Positions 7,505 through 16,773 are shown, counted from the stretch's first letter. The stretch is 32,000 nucleotides of DNA from Okeania sp. (GCF_035285525.1 NZ_JAYKGW010000226.1:1-32000); one strand, 5' to 3'. Numbers and translations: made by a program. Notes: generated by a model from the sequence alone, not told the origin.

Positions 7505-7826
7505 TTATAAAGGTAAGTAAGTAATTTGATTTGCCAATTCTTTAGGAATAGAAGCTTTAGCAATAATTTCTAAATCTTGTACACATTTACCAATAGAAAC
7601 ATCCCGTTGGTGAGCATAGATAATTCCAGAAAAACTTACACTCTCAGCTTAACGGTAACTTACTTCAGTTAAAAAATCATCATCTTGAGTAAATAAGACA
7701 CGCTGAAGTTGACTAGCGCTATTAAATACTTTTGTATCGGGTTCTCCAGATAGACCATCTTCTTGAACTGTTAATACATCTAAACCTCACCGACGCAACC
7801 CTTCTGTAAAAAGTAATATCAAAACA
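7505..7826 (-). pseudogene. DUF5615-type PIN-like gene remnant (two in-frame stops, 5' end lost to a repeat)
   Basis: ...EGLRR*GLDVLTVQEDGLSGEPDTKVFNSASQLQRVLFTQDDDFLTEVSYR*AESVSFSGIIYAHQRDVSIGKCVQDLEIIAKASIPKELANQITYLPL*. The repeat gggaaccgggaacaaggagtagggaatagggg abuts at about 7826. Confidence 0.55.
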
Positions 7827-8082
7827 AGAGGGAACCGGGAACAAGGAGTAGGGAATAGGGGAGAGTAATTAATAATTTATGGATAATAATTGATGATATT
7901 TTTAATTTTTGGAGATGTCTATTAGTTAAACTTCTTCCTTCTTAGATCATGCTCGGATAATCACTTAACAATAAATTCATTGCGACTGGAACATAGTCGA
8001 AGGAAGCAATAGATACGGGTTTGAGATATCTCTTCTATCTATATCCTAATCATAACTATTTAACTAAACATGATATTACTTC

Positions 8083-8673
8083 TTACTTCTTCCTTCTTTC
8101 TTCCTCCATAAAATCTTCTTTATTCAAAGTATACTTAACACCTACTTGCTGAGATTCTGAATAAACAAAATTTCGTTCAAACTTTAACCCTACTTTTTCC
8201 ATGACTCGAATAGAAGCTTTATTTTCTGACAAAGCACTAGCAACTATTCGCTCTATTCCTAACTCTAAAAAACCTTTCTTAACTAAAGCTTTTGAACCTT
8301 CAGTTGCATATCCTTTTCCCCAGACTTTTCTTGGCAACCGATAACCAAGTTCAATATCATTAACTTCATACAAAATTGCTCCCATATAACCATCTAAACC
8401 TGGTCGAAAATGAAACCAACCAATAAATGTATTACTTAACTTTTCCATAGCTGCCCAAAAACCATAATAATTAGGATATTGTTGGTAATATCGGAAAACT
8501 TTAGGCAAAAATTCATTTTTAATCTCATTGTATGAAGTTGGTGTTCCAGAGCGAGCGCCTAACTTAGTAAATCTCGTTACTTCTGGATCCCTATCTAACT
8601 GAAATAATAATTCTGTATCAACTTCTGTAAACTGTCGCAAAATTAATCTTTCTGTCTCTAAAAAAATCTTCAT
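8083..8673 (-). CDS. GNAT family N-acetyltransferase (RimJ/RimL-like)
   Basis: 196 aa. The N-terminus is ETERLILRQFTEVDTELLFQLDRDPEVTRF and the core is WGKGYATEGSKALVKKGF, both typical of Acetyltransf_3. Confidence 0.85.
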   Translation of the reverse strand: MKIFLETERLILRQFTEVDTELLFQLDRDPEVTRFTKLGARSGTPTSYNEIKNEFLPKVFRYYQQYPNYYGFWAAMEKLSNTFIGWFHFRPGLDGYMGAILYEVNDIELGYRLPRKVWGKGYATEGSKALVKKGFLELGIERIVASALSENKASIRVMEKVGLKFERNFVYSESQQVGVKYTLNKEDFMEEERRKK

Positions 8674-9027
8674 TTCCCCCCTACTTTCTCTTTTCTGAAA
8701 CTATCTAATAGGATTAGGATTTACCCATAAAAGCAAAAGCTATTGGTAGTGGTGCATCAAGCTTAAAGTAGTAGAATAGATTTTTGAGGTAAAAGCCTTG
8801 AAAAATGAGCGTTATACGATTTTCCTAAAACACTATTTCCAGCTTGAAACGCCAGTAGGGTGTGGAGTGCGTAGCGTAACGCACCAAGACTCTAGAGTTG
8901 TTTGGAAATAAAAATTTAAAATACTCAAAAGTTTACTAGATAAAGCTTTCAAAGGGATAAAAAAATAAACTTCAGTATTTTAAGTGTATGACTTCAGCTA
9001 GAGATACTGATCACTGAAATAACCTCC

Positions 9028-9750
9028 CTATAAAAAACCATTTTCTACTAAAAATTCAGGTGTAATATCTTTTAAACTATTAGTAGAAGTTGTTCCTAAA
9101 GCTGAAGGCAAAACCGAATAATTATTCTTTCCATGACGCAAAAATTTAGCTACATATTTACCCAGAATATCCGCTTCAATATTTACTAAACTACCTGGTT
9201 TTAAATAACTCAAATTTGTTTCATTAAAACTATGAGGAATAACTGCCACCTCAAACCATTTACCATCCACATCACAATCAGCTACAGTTAAACTAATACC
9301 ATTAACTGCAATGCTACCCTTCGGTACGATATAAGGCGCAATCTGACATTCCCATCTTTGATCTGCTGTCTGTGGCGCTGCAAATTTCATTTCCCAAGCA
9401 TTTATAGTTTCTGTAGAACTTTGCAAACATCCCACCCCATCTATATGACCGGTAACAAAGTGGCCTCCCAACTTACTCCCCGCTCTTAATGAAGTTTCAA
9501 GATTAACATATTTATCTGATAATTGGCCGAGGGTACTACGTTGTAGCGTCTCAGGTGACACGATCGCTACAAATTCTTGAGCTAAAATATTTGTTACTGT
9601 CAGACAAACACCATCTACAGCTACACTGTCACCAATGGCCAAATCCTCTAAGATGATTTGACTGTTAGTAGATGACCCCAGAGATATTAAAATTTGGCTT
9701 TCTGCTAAAAGCTTAATTTTTCCGAAAGCTTGAATTAATCCTGTAAACAC
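9028..9750 (-). CDS. ribE: Riboflavin synthase alpha subunit
   Basis: 240 aa. It has the MFTGLIQAFGKI N-terminus and two lumazine-binding repeats (GDSVAVDGVCLTV and GSIAVNGISLTV). Confidence 0.9.
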   Translation of the reverse strand: MFTGLIQAFGKIKLLAESQILISLGSSTNSQIILEDLAIGDSVAVDGVCLTVTNILAQEFVAIVSPETLQRSTLGQLSDKYVNLETSLRAGSKLGGHFVTGHIDGVGCLQSSTETINAWEMKFAAPQTADQRWECQIAPYIVPKGSIAVNGISLTVADCDVDGKWFEVAVIPHSFNETNLSYLKPGSLVNIEADILGKYVAKFLRHGKNNYSVLPSALGTTSTNSLKDITPEFLVENGFL

Positions 9751-10023
9751 TTTTTTTCCTCTGATTAATTAATTAAAGATTAGTTAAATTTTATGAATAA
9801 AAACTCTATCTATATCCAAACTGAAGATGCAGTTTAAAGACTACAACCCTACAGTTTTTTTCAGATATCATTTAGGAGATAGATTATGGCAACCTATTAG
9901 TCAAGGTAGACACCATACCTCCATAGAAGATAATAAATAAATGTAAAAATAATTAATCTAGGTAGATATCAAATCATGCTAAAAAAATTTCATTTATCTT
10001 TACCGAAAAATTGGGTCTAAATC

Positions 10024-10115
10024 TTCCCCTTTGGGAATGAAAAAAAAATAAACCTCAGTATTTCAAGTCTCTGGCAAAAGCTACGAGGTACTGATAACTA
10101 ATAACTGAAATGACC
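10024..10115 (+). repeat. Dispersed 5'-proximal element (hairpin - ATGAAAAAAA - TAAACCTCAGTATTT - variable core - TACTGATAAC..CTGAAATGAC)
   Basis: It ends 58 nt before the start of ORF 10173. Family members lie at 8946..9024 (+), 25724..25820 (-), 26617..26725 (-) and 27371..27497 (-). Confidence 0.6.
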
Positions 10116-10172
10116 TAGTTATTTACATACTACACAGTTTGACTAAAATTATTATAAAATGAGGCAGAAAGA

Positions 10173-10676
10173 ATGATTGAAATGAAAGTCGCTGGAATCG
10201 CATTGGATGCAGCAACACGCAACCCAATTGTTTTGCTAAGAGATAGTACAGAGCGACGTGCATTGCCCATATATATAGGTCAAGAACAGGCCAAGGCAAT
10301 TATCACTGCTCTAGAAAGTCAGCAACCTCCACGTCCATTAACTCACGATTTAGCAGTAAGTATTTTAGAATCACTAAACGGGTTTCTGGAAAAGGTAGTA
10401 ATTCATTCATTGCAAGATAACACATTTTATGCTGTGCTAATTGTAAAGCAAGGAGAAGCTAGAAGAGAAATTGATGCTCGTCCTAGTGATGCTATTTCTA
10501 TTGCCCTCCGCACAAATAGCCCGATATGGGTAATGGAAGAAGTAATAGCAGATGCCTCTATTCCTGTAGATCGAGATGCAGATGAAGCTGAAAGACAAGC
10601 ATTTCGCGATTTTGTGTCCAAGCTTCGTCCTGAAGATTTAATCAAACGTGGTCGCTCTAGCACTGGTGGAGTATAG
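10173..10676 (+). CDS. Bifunctional nuclease (DUF151/BFN) domain protein
   Basis: 167 aa. VAGIALDAATRNPIVLLRD..RALPIYIGQEQAKAI...PRPLTHDL...DARPSDAISIALR is the characteristic BFN core. Confidence 0.85.
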   Translation: MIEMKVAGIALDAATRNPIVLLRDSTERRALPIYIGQEQAKAIITALESQQPPRPLTHDLAVSILESLNGFLEKVVIHSLQDNTFYAVLIVKQGEARREIDARPSDAISIALRTNSPIWVMEEVIADASIPVDRDADEAERQAFRDFVSKLRPEDLIKRGRSSTGGV

Positions 10677-11214
10677 CACTACGGAAAAGTCAAAAGTTAG
10701 AAATAATCTCTGAGAGAGTTTGAGCATTTATATATGTCTTAGCCTCTGGTTCAACTGCTATACTCTGATATCCCTTTTTCTTGACGGGAGTCAAACTTTA
10801 AAAATTAAAATCAAAAAATATTTACTTCTTCTTAATTCTTAATGCATGAATTTGGAATTTTGACTTTTGACTTAGATAATGTTCCTCAAGTTAAGATTTT
10901 GGGGTAACACAAAGCAGACAAATAAATAAACCATTCTTAAAGACTACCTTCTCTATAATTTTTTGTTCCTCCTGATTCTTAACTACTCCCTACTCCCTAT
11001 TTCAAGAAAAAGGTAAACTTTCAGCTATTAACTGTCAACTCCCAGATTTTTAATGAATAAAACAAAACAATTATTTCGTTTTCTTCTTAATTTAATGCAT
11101 GAATTTTGACTTTTGAATTATATATCTTACTTTTTAAGGCATGAATTTTAACTTTTGACTTTTGAATTAGATTAAGATTTTGATACACAAATAAAATAGG
11201 ATTGCTATATACAG

Positions 11215-12330
11215 GTGCATTATCGTAGGTTTGGCAAAACAAACTTAAATATTTCAGTATTTTCTTTGGGTACTATGCGATATTTGGTATCTGAGGAAAA
11301 TGCTGTAAAAACAATACAAAAAGCTGTGGATAAGGGAATTAATCATATAGAAACAGCTAGAGGTTATGGTAAAAGTGAAAAGTATTTAGGCATAGCTTTA
11401 ATATCTGGATTGCGACGTAACCTACTCTATATAACCACAAAAATTACACCAACAAAAGATGTCAATTTGATAGAAAGTTATATAGATGAATCATTGGCAA
11501 ATCTAAATACAGATTATCTAGACTGTTTAGCTATTCATGGCATTAATACTTGGGAACATTTAGAAATTATCTATCATAACATTAAAGGGTTTCAAAAAGT
11601 AATAGATGATGGACGAGTCAGAAATATTGGTTTCTCAACTCATGGTCCTTTAGAAGTGATTTTAACTGCCATTAATACAGACTTTTTTCAATTTATTAAT
11701 TTACATTATTACTACTTTTTTCAACGTAACGCTCCGGCAGTAGAATTAGCCCATCAAAAAGATATGGGCATTTTTATTATCTCCCCAGCAGATAAAGGTG
11801 GACAGTTATACACACCACCTCCTACTCTTCAGAACTTGTGTCAGCCTTTTTCTCCACTGGAATTAAATTATAGATTTTTGTTAAGTGACCCTAGAATTAC
11901 CACTTTGAGTTTAGGTGCTGCTCAACCAGAAGAGTTAGAATGGCCACTGACTATGAGCGATCGCACAGAATCTCTGACTTTTCAGGAAAAAGAAGTATTT
12001 CAGCGCTTGGAAACCATAGCATTAGAGCGCTTGGGAATGGAGAAATGTAGTCAATGTTATGGTTGTTTACCATGTCCAGAGGGTATTAATATTCCAGAAG
12101 TCCTGAGATTAAGGAATTTGGGCATAGCTTATGACATGGTAAATTTCGGTAAATACCGATACGGAATGTTTGAAAATGCTGGTCATTGGTTCCCTGGAAA
12201 TAAAGGCAACCGATGTACTGAATGTGGGGAGTGTTTACCCAGATGTCCCGAAAAATTGGATATACCAAATTTATTACAAGATACCCATCAAAGATTTAAG
12301 GGTGTATCTGGTCGTCGGTTGTGGGATTAA
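11215..12330 (+). CDS. Aldo/keto reductase with a C-terminal Cys-rich (4Fe-4S ferredoxin-like) extension
   Basis: 371 aa with a GTG start. It has the MHYRRFGKTNLNISVFSLGTMRY AKR N-terminus. The C-terminus has CSQCYGCLPCP and CTECGECLPRCP cluster motifs. Confidence 0.85.
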   Translation: MHYRRFGKTNLNISVFSLGTMRYLVSEENAVKTIQKAVDKGINHIETARGYGKSEKYLGIALISGLRRNLLYITTKITPTKDVNLIESYIDESLANLNTDYLDCLAIHGINTWEHLEIIYHNIKGFQKVIDDGRVRNIGFSTHGPLEVILTAINTDFFQFINLHYYYFFQRNAPAVELAHQKDMGIFIISPADKGGQLYTPPPTLQNLCQPFSPLELNYRFLLSDPRITTLSLGAAQPEELEWPLTMSDRTESLTFQEKEVFQRLETIALERLGMEKCSQCYGCLPCPEGINIPEVLRLRNLGIAYDMVNFGKYRYGMFENAGHWFPGNKGNRCTECGECLPRCPEKLDIPNLLQDTHQRFKGVSGRRLWD

Positions 12331-13036
12331 ATTTATGGATAAGGCGATGGGGCTATTTCAGTTCTCACTGATCAGTTATCCATACTAAATCCGGTTTAGA
12401 AAAGCTGATTATAGATATCCATATTATGCTTCACTTTATAATCAGTATAATAAACGGATTTGGTATGACAGCCTTCTAGGCTGTGTTACAAAAGTTTAAT
12501 CAGTCTATAATAACCGGATTTGGTATCAGTACCTTTGAGTTAGGCTGGCTGATTAAATATAAAAGTCTTTACATATAAAGGTTATAGCCTTTTTCCAGCT
12601 CGAAAAAGTGCAACTATTACAAATATAACTACCAAAAAGTTAGGATTTGCGATAGACAAGGACGGAAAAATCAAGGTAAAACTATTCCCTCTACTTCCCA
12701 GTCTTCCCACACTTCCCACACTCCCAGACTCTGCCTTCTGCCTTCCTAAAATATAAAATCACTTTTATTGTTTGTTTGTTTACAGAAATTGCAAATAGCT
12801 AAGAGTTAAGATTCATCTTCAACAAAAATATCTAAATCAAGACTTAGGCAATGTTACCAAAAAACGGGGTTTATTGCTGTGATATTGTTGTTCAAACTAC
12901 CAAATTTATTTAATAAACCGGGTTTCTGCGTAAGTTCTGTAAATATTACTTCAGCAAAGCTTAAAAAATGTAACTTTTTTAGCTAAAGTTTACCGTAAAA
13001 AATATACTAATTTAGATTATCCAGTTAAAAATTAAG

Positions 13037-13588
13037 ATGAAAAAACCAACTTCTGGAGAGAAAAAATTTTACTACTTTGCTTATGGTTCGTGTATGTGTC
13101 CTGTGGATTTAAAACGAACTTTAGGTGAAAATACTCATCCTTATGTTATTGGTCCGGCAAAACTTAAAGGATACAAAATTGGATTTTATCGTTATTCAGA
13201 AGTGCGTAAATGTGGAGTATTAGATGTAGTAAAAGATGAAAGTTCTACTGTGGAAGGAGTGCTTTATTATTTACCTTTACGGTTACGCGATCGCCTTGAT
13301 GAAAGAGAGGATGTAAGATTTGATTTGGTGAAGCAAATTCATTATGGTACTTATCGACCTGAAAAAGTTGATGTATTTTATCAAGATCAGTTATTTTTTG
13401 ATGTTAATACTTATGTAGTTGTTGATAAATTATCTCACGAATTAGCTCCTAATGATTGGTATTTTCATGTTGTGCTTCGAGGAGCAACAACTTGCGGACT
13501 TTCTGAAGAATACTGTTGGAAATTATTTGAACACATGCACAATTTACAACATCAGAAAAAACAAAAGAAAGTTTTAGCTATTGCTTAA
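13037..13588 (+). CDS. Gamma-glutamylcyclotransferase-like (GGCT/AIG2-like) protein
   Basis: 183 aa. It has the YYFAYGSCM motif near the N-terminus and a later EGVLY motif, both typical of the GGCT fold. Confidence 0.7.
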   Translation: MKKPTSGEKKFYYFAYGSCMCPVDLKRTLGENTHPYVIGPAKLKGYKIGFYRYSEVRKCGVLDVVKDESSTVEGVLYYLPLRLRDRLDEREDVRFDLVKQIHYGTYRPEKVDVFYQDQLFFDVNTYVVVDKLSHELAPNDWYFHVVLRGATTCGLSEEYCWKLFEHMHNLQHQKKQKKVLAIA

Positions 13589-13684
13589 AAAATTAACTAT
13601 TACCTCCTATTCTCTATCAGCAATCCTAAATTGGTTGAAATGTCAAGTCTGGTTAATTAACCATAATAAATAAATCAGCTATTT

Positions 13685-13830
13685 TTAGTCATCTTTAGAT
13701 GACTTTTGCTTCCAGCCAAGAAATTTATTTCTTGACTTGGCGGATAGACAAACCTTGCCAAGGAGATAACACAACCCGCCAAGGATTGAAATCCTTGGCT
13801 AATAGCTTAAGTCATCTGAAAGATGACTAA
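13685..13830. repeat. MITE-like element bounded by TTAGTCATCTnnAGATGACT hairpins
   Basis: ttagtcatctttagatgact ... ccaaggattgaaatccttgg ... agtcatctgaaagatgactaa. It contains several internal stem-loops. Confidence 0.7.
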
Positions 13831-13922
13831 ATTTCTATAATGTCTTTTTGTATTGTAGTTAATTAATGCAATTTAATATAATATTTTATTGCAGGGGTTT
13901 GGTCTCCAAACACTAACATAAA

Positions 13923-14297
13923 TAGGATTGGAAAACCAAACCTCTACAGTTGGCTTTCACAAATAATTGAGGATTAATATTTTCACCTCTTTTCTATTTT
14001 TCTACTGATGAAAAAACATATAGGATTGGAAAACCAAACCTCTACGGTTTGCTTTCACAAATAATTTAGCATTTAGGATTAATATTTTCACCTCTTTTCT
14101 ATTTTTTTAATGATGAAAAAACATATAGGATTGGAAAACCAAACCTCTACGGTTTGCTTTCACAAATAATTTAGCATTGATGAAAAAACATATAGGATTG
14201 GAAAACCAAAGCCCTACAGTTTGCTTTCACAAATAATTTAGCATTTAAGATTAATATTTTCACCTCTTTTCTATTTTTCTACTGATGAAAAAACATA
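13923..14297. repeat. Tandem array (~3.5 units of ~98-106 bp) that overlaps the last codons of the petP-like gene
   Basis: Units start at 13923, 14021, 14126 and 14193, and the third has an internal deletion. Each ends with ..tttcacctcttttctattttt(c/t)ta(c/a)tgatgaaaaaacata. The final copy provides MFFHQ-stop of ORF 14279..15124. Confidence 0.85.
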
Positions 14298-15124
14298 GTA
14301 ATCAAAGGTAAAAAATTTAACAATATCCAACTCCAAAACCAATAACTTTTTTGCTCCATAGAAAAATCTGTTTCTGCTAATATAGCATCAATTCTTTCTG
14401 TCAAACGATTAGGAGGAGTTGTACAACTATAAGCTGCATAAAAGTTATTTTGTTCAGTGAAGCGATCGCTTACCATTAATAACAAAGTTTCTGCTAATAA
14501 TAATCCATCAACTTGTTTTTTTGCCCATTGGTCAGCACGAATTTCTCGGAGTGTCAAAAGTTCATGCCATAAAACTTGAGTTTTTGGTAAAAAAGGAACT
14601 ATTTTTCCTAACCAACCTAACCAGAAAAACCAAAAAGTATCTCGATAATAATAATGACCTTGTTCGTGATTTAAAACTGCATCAAGTTGCTCAGAATTTA
14701 ACCTTTCTAAAATACCTTTACTAACAACTAATTTAGAATCCCAAAATCCTATTTGCGCACTAAATAAAATTGGATTATCAAGTAAAAATACAGATTTACC
14801 TGCAATATTTATTTGAGGATAATTATTAACCTTTTGCACAGACTGCCAACCTTGATAAGCTAAAGCTAAACCTAAAATAGCCGTCCATCCGCAAAAAATC
14901 CAGGCTAATATATAACTAACCCATCCAGTTGAGAATCCTAACATTTTCCCTTGAGGTCCCATACAAATAACCGCAATAGCTGTAGCAATTAAAAGTAAGG
15001 GTGGAGAAATAAATAATAGTAAAGAAATTTGCCAACGGACTAACCACTTAGAAGATGTCAAAAAATCTACATATCTAAGACCATAAGCTAAACCTAAAGC
15101 CAAAAATATAATAATTAGGTGCAT
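14279..15124 (-). CDS. petP: BlaR1-type M56 membrane metalloprotease (PetP-like)
   Basis: 281 aa with several TM helices and the zinc motif HEQGH (HExxH). Its start overlaps the stop of the upstream BlaI-type gene (TAATG). The symbol is by analogy with Synechocystis PetP and by context with petE/petJ. Confidence 0.8.
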   Translation of the reverse strand: MHLIIIFLALGLAYGLRYVDFLTSSKWLVRWQISLLLFISPPLLLIATAIAVICMGPQGKMLGFSTGWVSYILAWIFCGWTAILGLALAYQGWQSVQKVNNYPQINIAGKSVFLLDNPILFSAQIGFWDSKLVVSKGILERLNSEQLDAVLNHEQGHYYYRDTFWFFWLGWLGKIVPFLPKTQVLWHELLTLREIRADQWAKKQVDGLLLAETLLLMVSDRFTEQNNFYAAYSCTTPPNRLTERIDAILAETDFSMEQKSYWFWSWILLNFLPLITMFFHQ

Positions 15125-15546
15125 TACTTTTTCTCCTCCCTAGCTTGACGTATTGCTTTTAGCTTCTGGGCGATCGCCTCTATTTGGTCTATACTTGCAG
15201 GGTCTAAACTATCGGCAAAAGCGGCCACCACATCAGGATTTCCTACTGCCAAAAATTGATTTAATTGTTGGTGCGCTCTTAAGATTTTGCTTTCTCGACG
15301 AGAAATTAAAGGTCGCCAGACAAAAGCACGACCATTTTCATCACAAGTTAGCCAACCTTTTTGAGTTAGGCGACGTAGAACGGTCGTGACTGAAGTATAG
15401 GCTAACTCTCGGTCTGGATCGGCCAGAATATGTTCATGTACTTGTTTGACTGTAGCACAACCTAAGTCCCAAACAATATTCAATATTTCTGTTTCGAGAG
15501 GGCCAAGGGACATTTGTTGGGGACGATGAATTGGTAGAGGACTCAT
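15124..15546 (-). CDS. petR: BlaI/MecI/CopY-family winged-helix repressor (PetR-like)
   Basis: 140 aa. LGPLETEILNIVWDLGCATVKQVHEHIL...YTSVTTVLRRLTQKGWL is the penicillinase-repressor fold. It is divergent from petE. Confidence 0.85.
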   Translation of the reverse strand: MSPLPIHRPQQMSLGPLETEILNIVWDLGCATVKQVHEHILADPDRELAYTSVTTVLRRLTQKGWLTCDENGRAFVWRPLISRRESKILRAHQQLNQFLAVGNPDVVAAFADSLDPASIDQIEAIAQKLKAIRQAREEKK

Positions 15547-15613
15547 AATTTCTAATTTTTTTCGATTTGGACTATACCTAGTTGAAAAATTTTTTTCTTA
15601 TGATAGTTTACTT

Positions 15614-15634
15614 AATATGACGAGCTGTCATATT
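15614..15634. promoter_or_regulatory. Candidate PetR operator in the petR-petE divergent region
   Basis: Inverted repeat AATATGAC-gagct-GTCATATT. Its core TGACGAGCTGTC matches TGACAGGCTGTC upstream of petJ. It lies between a weak -35 (ttactt) and a -10 (tattat) candidate. Confidence 0.5.
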
Positions 15635-15693
15635 ATTATTTAAGTGACTTTTACATACAGAATAAAAATCTCAAAAAATAGGAGTTCTAAAAG

Positions 15694-16095
15694 ATGCGCT
15701 TTATATCTTCACTTTCTAAGTCTATAGCACTATTAGCTTGTGTAGTTACTCTAGTTATCGGTAGTTTAGTATTCTCTGCTCCAGCAAAAGCAGCAAACAT
15801 AACAGTAACCATGGGTGCTGGTGGACTACAATTTAGTCCTAAGAAAGTAACTGTTAAACCAGGTGATACAGTTACATTCAAGAATGGTATGCTTGCACCT
15901 CATAATGTAATTTTTAATCCTGGTAATTCTCCTGACCCAAGTCTATCAAAAGCACTTTCCCATAAACAATTGGCATATAAACCTGCAGAAACCTTTGATC
16001 TAAATATCCCAGCAGATGCTAAGTCTGGTGATTATGAATTTTTCTGTACTCCTCACCGTGGTGCAGGTATGGTTGGCCATTTAATTGTTGAATAA
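15694..16095 (+). CDS. petE: Plastocyanin precursor
   Basis: 133 aa with a signal peptide ending APAKA. Copper ligand motifs are PHNV and FFCTPHRGAGMVG. Confidence 0.95.
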   Translation: MRFISSLSKSIALLACVVTLVIGSLVFSAPAKAANITVTMGAGGLQFSPKKVTVKPGDTVTFKNGMLAPHNVIFNPGNSPDPSLSKALSHKQLAYKPAETFDLNIPADAKSGDYEFFCTPHRGAGMVGHLIVE

Positions 16096-16140
16096 TAGTA
16101 AATCCGAGATATCAGAAGTTTAAATAGGTTTAAATTTATC

Positions 16141-16299
16141 AGGACTTACCCAAATAAACCCGGTTTCTAAGAGAAACCGGGTTTCTGGGTTTATCTGCAT
16201 AAGTCTTGATATACTTGGAGTCCAAGACACCGGGTTTATTGATGTTATGTTGTTGTTCCAAACAGCAAATTTCATTGATAAACCCGGTTTCTGCGTAAG
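16141..16299. repeat. AGGACTTAC / AAACCCGGTTTCT MITE-like repeats between petE and petJ
   Basis: aggacttacccaaataaacccggtttct..gaaaccgggtttctgggtttatctgcataagtct ... ataaacccggtttctgcgtaaga. Confidence 0.75.
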
Positions 16300-16307
16300 A
16301 ATTTTTA

Positions 16308-16327
16308 TATTTGACAGGCTGTCGTTT
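16308..16327. promoter_or_regulatory. Candidate PetR operator upstream of petJ
   Basis: tatTTGACAGGCTGTCgttt. The palindromic core is GACAG-G-CTGTC, and it overlaps a perfect TTGACA hexamer (16311..16316). Confidence 0.5.
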
Positions 16328-16403
16328 GACGTAATATTCGACTTAATTCAGAATAGGAAGCGCATATTTAATCATGTGTGTTTGTGTTGAGAGAGGAGAA
16401 CAA

Positions 16404-16748
16404 ATGAAAAAACTATTATCAATTGTCCTATTAGCCATCATGCTTGTTGTTGTTGCAGTACAACCTCCAGCTTTAGCTGCTGATTTAGGTAATGGAAAAA
16501 AGATATTCCAAGGTAATTGCAATGCCTGCCATTTGGGAGGTAGAAATACTATCATGGCTCAGAAAACCTTAAAAACAGATGCCCTAAACAAATATCTCAA
16601 GGGTTTTAAAGATGATCCTGTAGCAGCAGTTACTTACCAAGTAACAAATGGTAAAAGTGCAATGCCAGCTTTTGGCAAGAAGCTCAAGCCTAAAGAGCTT
16701 GAGGATGTTGTAGCTTATGTTATAGATCAAGCTGACAAGTGGAAATAA
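16404..16748 (+). CDS. petJ: Cytochrome c6 precursor
   Basis: MKKLLSIVLLAIMLVVVAVQPPALA signal peptide, then ADLGNGKKIFQGNCNACHLGG (CxxCH) and a distal Met ligand (GKSAMPAF). GAGAGGAG lies upstream of the ATG at 16404, whereas the track ORF begins further upstream at 16374. Confidence 0.93.
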   Translation: MKKLLSIVLLAIMLVVVAVQPPALAADLGNGKKIFQGNCNACHLGGRNTIMAQKTLKTDALNKYLKGFKDDPVAAVTYQVTNGKSAMPAFGKKLKPKELEDVVAYVIDQADKWK

Positions 16749-16773
16749 TTCGGATTGAAAATTAGGAAAAGAT

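Noticed and set aside
1415-7800. In-frame TGA codons in several genes as evidence of recoding (Sec/Trp) or an alternative genetic code
   Set aside because: The same decayed genes also contain in-frame TAA and TAG codons and frameshifts. All housekeeping ORFs are free of internal TGA. No SECIS-like context was seen. Ordinary pseudogenisation explains the pattern.
7830-8082. Possible DUF433 antitoxin remnant upstream of the DUF5615 pseudogene
   Set aside because: Only a vague ...LLSDYPSMI-like stretch could be read. There is no continuous frame or diagnostic motif, which is too weak to report as a feature.
9751-10172. FMN riboswitch or other leader upstream of ribE
   Set aside because: I saw no FMN-aptamer-like conserved segments. 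The region consists of the dispersed repeat families seen elsewhere in the window.
12390-13036. Possible small RNA or gene in the 700-bp gap between the AKR and GGCT genes
   Set aside because: The gap is composed of recognisable repeat families: taatcagt.tataataa.cggatttggtat x2, cttcccacacttcccacactccc, and the AAACCGGGTTTCTGCGTAAG MITE. It has no ORF and no convincing promoter-terminator pair.
16374-16403. Upstream ATG (MCVCVERGEQ...) as the petJ start
   Set aside because: The ATG at 16404 is preceded by GAGAGGAG and begins a canonical signal peptide (MKKLLS...). The 10-aa extension is not typical of cytochrome c6.
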